Assembly: GCF_000143415.4 (NCBI RefSeq)
Contig: NW_003314390.1
Coordinates: forward strand, 332,343-396,342
Length of the DNA: 64,000 bases
Source of the DNA: Selaginella moellendorffii
Taxonomy: Eukaryota > Plantae > Lycopodiophyta
Direction of reading: 5' to 3'
Translations under genes and position numbers: made by a program
The notes under the pieces: model-generated
Told to the model about the DNA's origin: nothing
Database searches by the model: none
Seen by the model: only the letters and a program-made list of their open reading frames with translations
Shown here: positions 55,110 to 63,759 of the stretch, in pieces
Layout: the number at the start of each line of letters is the position of its first letter
Numbering within the stretch: the first letter of the stretch is position 1

Positions 55110-57055
55110 TCAAAGACACCCCGCGGTGTTGCAATCCGGCGAGATCGCGGCACCACTTTGCGCAATCCACATTCTCCATGTGCCGTTGTCGAAACGGCGT
55201 GATCGAGAGCAAGTAGAGGAGGCAAGAGAATGAATTTTCATTCATTCGCGAGCGAGGGAGAAGACAAGAGACAACCCGAGACCGGTTTCGTCCTTTTTGG
55301 GACTCATCAGCCGGGTGTAGTCGTCTAACGTCTACCCTAACCCTAGCTCGGCGCCGGCTCTACTTATATTCTGGCTCTGTCACGTGGCGCGAGTCCGAGT
55401 GGCAGCCATGCGAGGTGCATGGCGGCGTTGGCTCGCGAGGATGCGAACGTAGCACAGCTGGTGTTGGTTACTCCACAGCAGTGGTAGTCGCGGAGAATGA
55501 CTTCGGCGGATCGCCGAAGACAGTAAGCGTTCGTCCGGCGGGTGACGTACCTTCGACACAAGATAACTTGTAAACGCGGCATGATATGATGCATGCGTTA
55601 CGTCCACAATGCTTGTGTCACTTGTACGTACCCGGGGGCGAAAAACGTGGTTCACTTTGCAGGGAATATTCTCGGAATATTCGGTCGTTGACCGTTGACC
55701 CCGCGTTGACCGTGTGTGGACTGGGATGGTGGAGGGCCTGAGGTCACTCATACATACCCGGAGTCCAGCGGTTACATGGGGGAGAGCCATCCTGCGAGCT
55801 GTCGGCATGTGTCGCCGATGTCGAGGGAGCGGCACCGTTTTAATGGAAAACATGCTTTTCCACAGGTCGTGTGTGGAGTTCAGAGTTGAAACTCACATAT
55901 TCACGATCGGAAGGAAGAGCAGAATCCAACAGTATATGCCGTTTTGACTCGGTCAACAGGGATACAGTCGGAATATTGGGGAATATTCCGTTCTGACCGT
56001 TGACTCCGCGTTGACCGGGCGTTGACTCGAAAGGGGGGTGGCCTGGAGTGACTTGGGACATACCTGAAGTCCATCGGCGAGACCCTGGGAGTCATCGGGT
56101 ACGCGGAGAAAGATGCAAACATAAGTGTCCGTGTCTTGCAAAGTGCGGTACAAGACGTGGCTAAGCTCGCAGAGGGAGCTTAGCCCTGACCAGAAATGAA
56201 CCGAGGTTCGGGGAGCGTCTCCAGCACGTGATCACTCGGGGGAGTGTGTCTGCGGGAGCTTCATCCATCACCTGTTTAGGGTTTAGGATGTCCCCCAAGC
56301 CTAGCTGCGCACTGTGGAGTGTGTAGGGCAGCTTGAAGGCGAGGGGGGCCCGTCGACAGGCGTCGCTAGAGCGGCGCGAACGTGCAAGGAGAGCTTGATG
56401 TCGCTGGTCGTAGGAGATGCCGGAGAAGCAGTGGTGGAGGAAGGAGGTCGGGTATCCTCGGGCACGGAGGCGGTGGTAGAACCGCGTGCGCATGGCGTAG
56501 AATCCATCGGCCGTGCTCTCGCGGAGGAGGTATCTCCGGAGCTCGCTGCGGATGAATGCCACTTTTTGGTGCCGTGGGTGAACCGACGTCCAGGGGAGGT
56601 ACTGGTAGGCGTTGAGCGGCTTCTGGAACGTGGACGAGTCGAGGCAGCCTGTCTCTTCAAAGCGAGGGCCTTTGAAGAAGTGGATATCGAGGATATCCAA
56701 CTCTTCGAGCGAGATCACCGAGGTGATCTTGATCGAAGGACACAGCGTGCCGTATCCTCGGAGCCATCGTTCGAGGCCTGCTCGTGTACCTGTCCAAATG
56801 CCCACTCCGTCATCTATGTACCTTCGTAGGTACAAGGGCCAGTCGTTGGTGGCATGCTTGTACTCGGCTTCGAGAGAGCAGAGGAAGAGGCAAGCGTAGA
56901 CCACCGCGAAGTTGGAGCCCATTGCTGTGCCGCGGATCTGCTGGTAGATGTTACCATCAAACTCCACGTAGTTGTGCTCCAGAACGAGGGCAGCCGCAGC
57001 CATGAGGAACCGCGAGCGTGTGGTGTTGCCGTACTCGGCAAACACAAAGTCGCGG
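55110..57055 (-). mobile_element. Telomeric PLE copy 2 (5'-truncated inside RT)
   Basis: RT C-terminal half at 56161-57045 (GTAMGS, YIDD) plus a 3' UTR of about 1.05 kb, capped by telomeric repeats. Confidence 0.95.
55271..55325 (-). ncRNA. Minimal type I hammerhead ribozyme
   Basis: The minus strand reads ACACCCGG-CUGAUGA-GUCC(CAAAAA)GGAC-GAA-ACCGGU-C^UCGGGUUGU: complete catalytic core, stems I and II, and palindromic stem III. Predicted cleavage is between 55280 and 55279. Confidence 0.9.
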
Positions 57056-57224
57056 TTTTTAGGGTTTAGGTTTTAGGGTTTAGGGTTTAGGGTTTTAGGG
57101 TTTAGGGTTTAGGGTTTAGGGTTTAGGGTTTTAGGGTTTAGGGTTTAGGGTTTAGGGTTTAGGGTTTAGGGTTTAGGGTTTAGGGTTTAGGGTTTAGGGT
57201 TTAGGCGCGTTTAGGCGTTTAGGG
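57056..57224 (+). repeat. Interstitial telomeric tract 2
   Basis: (TTTAGGG)n ending TTTAGGCGCGTTTAGGCGTTTAGGG. Confidence 0.98.
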
Positions 57225-58632
57225 TCAAAGACACCCCGCGGTGTTGCAATCCGGCGAGATCGCGGCACCACTTTGCGCAATCCACATTCTCCGTGTGCCG
57301 TTGTCGAGACGGCGTGATCGAGAGCAAGTAGAGGAGGCAAGAGAATGAATTTTCATTCATTCGCGAGCGAGGGAGAAGACAAGAGACAACCCGAGACCGG
57401 TTTCGTCCTTTTTGGGACTCATCAGCCGGGTGTAGTCGTCTAACGTCTACCCTAACCCTAGCTCGGCGCCGACTCTACTTATATTCTGGCTCTGTCACGT
57501 GGCGCGAGTCCGAGTGGCAGCCATGCGAAGTGCATGACGGCGTTGGCTCGCGAGGATGCGAACGTAGCACAGCTGGGGTTGGTGACTCCACAGCAGTGGT
57601 AGTCGCGGAGAATGACTTCGGCGGATCGCCGAAGACAGTAAGCGTTCGTCCGGCGGGTGACGTACCTTTGACGCAAGATAACTTGTAAACGTGGCATGAT
57701 ATGATGCATGCATTACGTCCACAATGCTTGTGTCACTTGTGCGTACCCGGCGACGAAAAACGTGGTTCACTTTGCAGGGAATATTCTCGGAATATTCGGT
57801 CGTTGACCGTTGACCCCGCGTTGACCGTGTGTGGACTGGGATGGTGGGGGGCCTGAGGCCACTCATACATACCCGGAGTCCAGCGGTTACATGGGGGAGA
57901 GCCATCCTGCGAGCTGTCGGCATGTGTCGCCGATGTCGAGGGAACGGCACCGTTTGAACGGAAAACATGCTTTTCCACGAGTCGTGTGTGGAGTTCAGAG
58001 TTGAAACTCACATATTCACGATCGGAAGGAAGAGCAGAATCCAACGGTATATGCCGTTTTGACTCGGTCAACAGGGATACAGTCGGAATATTGGGGAATA
58101 TTCCGTTCTGACCGTTGACTCCGCGTTGACCGGGCGTTGACTCGGAAGGGGGGTGGCCTGGAGTGACTTGGGACATACCTGAAGTCCATCGGCCAGACCC
58201 TGGGAGTCATCGAGTACGCGGAGAAGGATGCAAACATAAGCTTCCGTGTCTTGCAAAGTGCGGTACAAGACGTGGCTAAGCTCGCGGAGGGAGCTTAGCC
58301 CTGACCAGAAACGAACCGAGGTTCGGGGAGCGTCTCCAGCACGTGATCACTCGAGGGAGTGTGTCTGTGGGAGCTTCATCCATCACCTGTTTAGGGTTTA
58401 GGATGTCCCCCAAGCCTAGCTGCGCACTGTGGAGTGTGTAGGGCAGCTTGAAGGCGAGGGGGGCCCGTCGACAGGCGTCGCTAGAGCGGCGCGAACGTGC
58501 AAGGAGAGCTTGATGTCGCTGGTCGTAGGAGATGCCGGAGAAGCAGTGGTGGAGGAAGGAGGTCGGGTATCCTCGGGCACGGAGGCGGTGGTAGAACCGC
58601 GTGCGCATGGCGTGGAATCCATCGGCCGTGCT
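57225..58632 (-). mobile_element. Telomeric PLE copy 3 (severely 5'-truncated)
   Basis: Last ~118 codons of RT plus the full 3' UTR, capped by telomeric repeats. Confidence 0.95.
57386..57440 (-). ncRNA. Minimal type I hammerhead ribozyme (copy 3)
   Basis: Identical to 55271-55325. Confidence 0.9.
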
Positions 58633-58896
58633 TAGGGTTTAGGGTTTAGGGTTTAGGGTTTTAGGGTTTAGGTTTAGGGTTTAGGGTTTAGGGTTTAGGG
58701 TTTAGGTTTAGGGTTTAGGGTTTAGGGTTTAGGGTTTAGGGTTTAGGGTTTAGGGTTTAGGGTTTAGGGTTTAGGGTTTAGGGTTTAGGGTTTAGGGTTT
58801 AGGGTTTAGGGTTTAGGCGCGTTTAGGGTTTTAGGGTTTAGGGTTTAGGGTTTAGGGTTTAGGGTTTAGGGTTTAGGCGCGTTTAGGCGTTTAGGG
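58633..58896 (+). repeat. Interstitial telomeric tract 3
   Basis: (TTTAGGG)n with two GGCGCG variants. Confidence 0.98.
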
Positions 58897-59057
58897 TCAA
58901 AGGCACCCCGTGGTGCTGCAATCCGGCGAGATCGCGGCGCCACTTTGTGCAATCCACATTCTCCGTGTGCCGTTGTCGAGACGGCGTGATCGAGAGCAAG
59001 TAGAGGAGGCAAGAGAATGAATTTTCATTCATTCGCGAGCGAGGGAGAAGACAAGAG

Positions 59058-59112
59058 ACAACCCGAGACCGGTTTCGTCCTTTTTGGGACTCATCAGCCG
59101 GGTGTAGTCGTC
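59058..59112 (-). ncRNA. Minimal type I hammerhead ribozyme (copy 4)
   Basis: Identical core and stems to the other two copies. Confidence 0.9.
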
Positions 59113-59947
59113 TAACGTCTACCCTAACCCTAGCTCGGCGCCGACTCTACTTATATTCTGGCTCTGTCACGTGGCGCGAGTCCGAGTGGCGGCCATGCGA
59201 AGTGCATGACGGCGTTGGCTCGCGAGGATGCGAACGTAGCACAGCTGGGGTCGGTGACTCCACAGCAGTGGTAGTCGCGGAGAATGACTTCGGCGGATCG
59301 CCGAAGACAGTAAGCGTTCGTCCGGCGGGTGACGTACCTTTGACACAAGATAACTTGTAAACGTGGCATGATATGATGCATGCGTTACGTCCACAATGCT
59401 TGTGTCACTTGTGCGTACCCGGCGACGAAAAACGTGGTTCACTTTGCAGGGAATATTCTCGGAATATTCGGTCGTTGACCGTTGACCCCGCGTTGACCGT
59501 GTGTGGACTGGGATGGTGGGGGGCCTGAGGCCACTCATACATACCCGGAGTCCAGCGGTTACATGGGGGAGAGCCATCCTGCGAGCTGTCGGCATGTGTC
59601 GCCGATGTCGAGGGAACGGCACCGTTTTAACGGAAAACGTGCTTTTCCACGAGTCGTGTGTGGAGTTCAGAGTTGAAACTCACATATTCACGATCGGAAG
59701 GAAGAGCAGAATCCAACGGTATATGCCGTTTTGACTCGGTCAACAGGGATACAGTCGGAATATTGGGGAATATTCCGTTCTGACCGTTGACTCCGCGTTG
59801 ACCGGGCGTTGACTCGAAAGGGGGGTGGCCTGGAGTGACTTGGGACATACCTGAAGTCCATCGGCCAGACCCTGGGAGTCATCGAGTACGCGGAGAAGGA
59901 TGCAAACATAAGCTTCCGTGTCTTGCAAAGTGCGGTACAAGGCGTGG

Positions 59948-61726
59948 CTAAGCTCGCGGAGGGAGCTTAGCCCTGACCAGAAACGAACCGAGGTTCGGGG
60001 AGCGTCTCCAGCACGTGATCACTCGAGGGAGTGTGTCTGTGGGAGCTTCATCCATCACCTGTTTAGGGTTTAGGATGTCCCCCAAGCCTAGCTGCGCACT
60101 GTGGAGTGTGTAGGGCAGCTTGAAGGCGAGGGGGGCCCGTCGACAGGCGTCGCTAGAGCGGCGCGAACGTGCAAGGAGAGCTTGATGTCGCTGGTCATAG
60201 GAGATGCCGGAGAAGCAGTGGTGGAGGAAGGAGGTCGGGTATCCTCGGGCACGGAGGCGGTGGTAGAACCGCGTGCGCATGGCGTGGAATCCATCGGCCG
60301 TGCTCTCGCGGAGGAGGTATCTCCGGAGCTCGCTGCGGATGAATGCCACTTTTTGGTGCCGTGGGTGAACCGACGTCCAGGGGAGGTACTGGTAGGCGTT
60401 GAGCGGCTTCTGGAACGTGGACGAGTCGAGGCAGCCTGTCTCTTCAAAGCGAGGGCCTTTGAAGAAGTGGATATCGAGGATATCCAACTCTTCGAGCGAG
60501 ATCACCGAGGTGATCTTGATCGAAGGACACAGCGTGCCGTATCCTCGGAGCCATCGTTCGAGGCCTGCTCGTGTACCTGTCCAAATGCCCACTCCGTCAT
60601 CTATGTACCTTCGTAGATAGAAGGGCCAGTCGTTGGTGGCATGCTTGTACTCGGCTTCGAGAGAGCAGAGGAAGAGGCAAGCGTAGACCACCGCGAAGTT
60701 GGAGCCCATTGCTGTGCCGCGGATCTGCTGGTAGATGTTACCGTCAAACTCCACGTAGTTGTGCTCCAGAACGAGGGCAGCCGCAGCCATGAGGAACCGC
60801 GAGCGTGTGGTGTTGCCGTACTCGGCAAACACAAAGTCGCGGAGGCGTTGGAGACCTTCTCGTGTGGGGATGCTTGGGTAGAGGCTCTCTACGTCGAACG
60901 TGAAGAGCCAGCAGTCCCGCGGGAGCTGTAGGTGGAGGAGGTCCTGTAGCAGCGTGCGCGAGTCGGAAAGAAACGTTGGCTGCTTCAGCAGGATATCGTA
61001 GAGCTGGCGGTGAAGCCAACGCGCGAGGGGCTCCCACAACGTACCGATATAGCTTGCGATGGGTCGGCCCTTTATTGGCTGCTTGTGTATTTTCGGAAGA
61101 AAATACATCATGCAAGCCTGCCGGGGTACGGCGGGCTGGTGCAGCAGGAACTGCTGCGTGGAGTTGTCGAGCCACGAGCAGCTGCGGTACTTTGTGATGA
61201 GCTCGGCGAGGCGTTCCTGGAGGGATTTGGATGGCACGGAGGGGACCTTCACATAAACGAGTGGGTCGTTCAGTTGGCGGAGAGCCTCCTTCGTGTACCA
61301 ATCACGATCCAGCACCACCGCTCCAAGATTTTTGTCCGCAGGCTTGATGACGATGGATGTGTCCGTTGCGAGAGAGTGGAGAGCACGCTTTTTCCAACCG
61401 TGAGCGAAGGAGCGAGGCTTGTGTGCTCCTTCCAGCCTGTGGAGCAGGCTGCCTCGCACGTGTGCAAGGCGTCGTTCCACATACGCTGGTGCTGGAGGCG
61501 GCTCGAAGCTCGGGTTCGGTACTCGGAACTCCGGCAGGGCTGAGTCGTCGTCCTTGAAGAGGTGACGGAGTCGGACGGCTCGGCAGAGAGCATCAGAGCT
61601 TTCCACGATCTGTGGGGCTCTGAGCGGTGCCGGGTTCGGGATGTACCGCAGGCCGAGGGAGAGGAGACGGATCTCAGCGGCCGAGAGAGCCCTGCTTGAG
61701 AGGTTGTGTACAGCTCCAGTCTCCAC
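59948..61726 (-). CDS. Penelope-like reverse transcriptase without GIY-YIG endonuclease
   Basis: PLE motifs VHNLS...LLSLGLRY, IKPADKN, YFLPKIHK, RPI, FDVESLYPSI, QIRGTAMGS, RYIDD, LDI and the FQKP...HP thumb. The ORF ends without a GIY-YIG domain. The annotated start is GTG. Confidence 0.95.
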   Translation of the reverse strand: METGAVHNLSSRALSAAEIRLLSLGLRYIPNPAPLRAPQIVESSDALCRAVRLRHLFKDDDSALPEFRVPNPSFEPPPAPAYVERRLAHVRGSLLHRLEGAHKPRSFAHGWKKRALHSLATDTSIVIKPADKNLGAVVLDRDWYTKEALRQLNDPLVYVKVPSVPSKSLQERLAELITKYRSCSWLDNSTQQFLLHQPAVPRQACMMYFLPKIHKQPIKGRPIASYIGTLWEPLARWLHRQLYDILLKQPTFLSDSRTLLQDLLHLQLPRDCWLFTFDVESLYPSIPTREGLQRLRDFVFAEYGNTTRSRFLMAAAALVLEHNYVEFDGNIYQQIRGTAMGSNFAVVYACLFLCSLEAEYKHATNDWPFYLRRYIDDGVGIWTGTRAGLERWLRGYGTLCPSIKITSVISLEELDILDIHFFKGPRFEETGCLDSSTFQKPLNAYQYLPWTSVHPRHQKVAFIRSELRRYLLRESTADGFHAMRTRFYHRLRARGYPTSFLHHCFSGISYDQRHQALLARSRRSSDACRRAPLAFKLPYTLHSAQLGLGDILNPKQVMDEAPTDTLPRVITCWRRSPNLGSFLVRAKLPPRA

Positions 61727-61791
61727 TCGGTTCTCGAACTTCGAGACTGGCCGTTGTCCCGCAATGTCGAGGATAGCCTTAGACGGACTGG

Positions 61792-63690
61792 TCAGTGGTG
61801 ACCAGTAGTCTTGAGGATTCCCCTCACGGGGACTTTGGCGGTTGGCGAACGTGAGCGCGAGCGAGAGCGGCGTCGTGGTGCTGGGGTCCTGCTCCTGCGG
61901 CTGGCAGGGGTCTGGCTCCGTCCAGGGCGAGGTCGAGGGCTGCGTGTGCGAGCTCCCTTGCTGCCTCTGGTCGGTGAACGTCCTCGAGGTCGCTGGGGAC
62001 CTGAGGTGACCGGTGCCGGTGTCGTGGAGCGTGGGCGCCCCTGTGGGGAGCTGCTGCGGCCAGAACGGTGAGGGCCATCGCGTCCAGCACTCTTTTCGCG
62101 GGAACCAGGCCGGGCTGGAGATGTCCGGCGCGGAGTCCCCCTCGAAGAAGAAGCCGATGCAGCGGAACGGGTGGGAGGAGTCCCAGTAGCCCCGTTCCGC
62201 CGCTGTCCGTTTCCCTGGTCATTGCGGGCGGGTGTTGCCGACCGGGATCCAGCTTCGTCGGCGTTGGCGGCGAAGGAGACGCGGTGCCTCTTGCTCGATT
62301 CCTGCGCATGCTTACCCGGTGTGCCGTCACGTTGCTCTCGCGCTTTGTTCTTCTTTTCTCGCTTTCTCTTCTTTTTTCCTGCATTCGACGGCGTGGCATG
62401 TCGCTGGCTTTGGAGGGCCTTCGTAACAGCGGCGTTCACAAGCTCTGCCATGGTCTGCTCTTTGGGGAGGGCATCCGCAGAGGCGTTCGCCGCATCGATG
62501 GCTTCCTCCAGTCGCCGCGTCGCTGTCGTCTGCGCTCGGTGCTCGATTCCCTTGCCGGCCATAAAGAACGATGTCTCAGTGTGGAACTTGAGGGTACACC
62601 GTTGTTTGAGGGCGAGCAGGTGGTGGTAGACGGCATCATGCTCCGTGGCGCTGCAGTAGCTGAGTGTGGAGGTGACAAGATCCTCGAGTCGGCTGCGAAA
62701 GAGATCCCTGAGACCCGAGGAGACGAGCCTCTGGAGTGTCTCGATCTCGTCCTCGCGAGCCTTAATGAGAATGTCGTGCAGCTCCGTGAGGTAGCGCTCG
62801 TGCGCCTCAGCAATTCTGCTCGTGAGGCCGTCCTGGGCATGTCGAGACACCTTGAGCTTCGGTGGGCGTGTGCGGAGCGACTGCGGGCGTTTCTTCTGCT
62901 CTTTCAGGTCCTTGAGGCCCTGGAGAGCTGATCTCGACGACACCAGAGTGTTGTACTCCTGCAGAAATTCTCGCAGGGAGCTCGCAAGGATGCTGTTGAA
63001 GGCTCCATCGATGTTCTTGAAGCCTCCAAGTGTGTAGCCATCTTCTGCTCCAGTGGCCAGTGGCGGAGGTGGCGCAGCCGGTGGCTCGGGCGTTCGTCCC
63101 GGAGCTGGCTGGCCTGAGCATCGCTCTGGCTGGGGAGGGATGGCCTCAGCATCTGTGCGTGTCCTCTGTGCTGCTGGGTGGTCTCGCGGTGGCGGAGCAA
63201 CCGGAGGGTCCACTGGAGCAGGGGGAGGACGTCGCAGCTCCTGCGACGCTGCACGCGGAGATGCCTGCGTCCGTGTCGTGCGTGTCGAGGGTGCCCGCTG
63301 TGCTGGTGAGGCCCGTGGTGTCAGGGGCGGCGGTCCAGCCTCTGGAGAGCGAGGTGTGGATGGCCGTTCTGGCATCGAGGTGTGAGGAGGCGTTCGTCGA
63401 GTCCGCGGCGAAGGTGTCGGGCGCGGAGGCGTAGACACTGGCTGCTCCTGTCGGTGGGACGTGGTGGGCCTGGGCTGGACAGGTCGTGAGACAGAGCCAT
63501 GCGTCGCGGGTGACGGAGGCTGTCGCAAGGGCTGTCGCAGTGGGCCAGGTCCTGGAAGGCCTCTCTCCGATGGGGGTCGCTGCTCTGCTGCCATGGCAGG
63601 GGCAGGCCTGGGCGGCGATGAAACGGGATTCGGCACCACGGGTGGTGGGAAGATCCGTCGCATCGCTGTAGCACTCGGATCTGCAGTCAA
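61792..63690 (-). CDS. PLE ORF1: Pro-rich N-terminus, helical/coiled-coil core, basic NLS-like stretch and Arg/Ser-rich tail
   Basis: 632-codon open frame conserved (with lesions) in copy 1 at 52370-54240. It is probably N-terminally incomplete. Confidence 0.85.
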   Translation of the reverse strand: MTADPSATAMRRIFPPPVVPNPVSSPPRPAPAMAAEQRPPSERGLPGPGPLRQPLRQPPSPATHGSVSRPVQPRPTTSHRQEQPVSTPPRPTPSPRTRRTPPHTSMPERPSTPRSPEAGPPPLTPRASPAQRAPSTRTTRTQASPRAASQELRRPPPAPVDPPVAPPPRDHPAAQRTRTDAEAIPPQPERCSGQPAPGRTPEPPAAPPPPLATGAEDGYTLGGFKNIDGAFNSILASSLREFLQEYNTLVSSRSALQGLKDLKEQKKRPQSLRTRPPKLKVSRHAQDGLTSRIAEAHERYLTELHDILIKAREDEIETLQRLVSSGLRDLFRSRLEDLVTSTLSYCSATEHDAVYHHLLALKQRCTLKFHTETSFFMAGKGIEHRAQTTATRRLEEAIDAANASADALPKEQTMAELVNAAVTKALQSQRHATPSNAGKKKRKREKKNKAREQRDGTPGKHAQESSKRHRVSFAANADEAGSRSATPARNDQGNGQRRNGATGTPPTRSAASASSSRGTPRRTSPARPGSREKSAGRDGPHRSGRSSSPQGRPRSTTPAPVTSGPQRPRGRSPTRGSKGARTRSPRPRPGRSQTPASRRSRTPAPRRRSRSRSRSPTAKVPVRGILKTTGHH

Positions 63691-63759
63691 AGGGCCAGGG
63701 TTGGCAGGGAGGACCCCATGCGGGTAGGCTCCACGGTCCCGTAGGAGGGACTCAAACGG

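Larger units (their letters stand above)
58897..63759 (-). mobile_element. Telomeric PLE copy 4 (most distal, ORFs intact, near full length)
   Basis: 3' UTR 58897-59947, RT ORF and ORF1. It abuts the terminal telomere. Confidence 0.97.

Noticed and set aside
54945-58896. Repeat-spacer pattern beside an RT suggesting a CRISPR, retron or DGR system
   Set aside because: The repeats are plant telomeric heptamers, the spacers are kb-long element copies, and the RT has PLE motifs in a eukaryotic context.
55364-59940. Small ORFs repeated in the PLE 3' UTRs and antisense ORFs over RT/ORF1
   Set aside because: They recur only because the copies are near-identical and GC-rich. There are no motifs or other evidence of coding.
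59948-61726. Telomerase reverse transcriptase
   Set aside because: Too short, intronless and multicopy. It lacks a recognisable T motif and has PLE-specific motifs.
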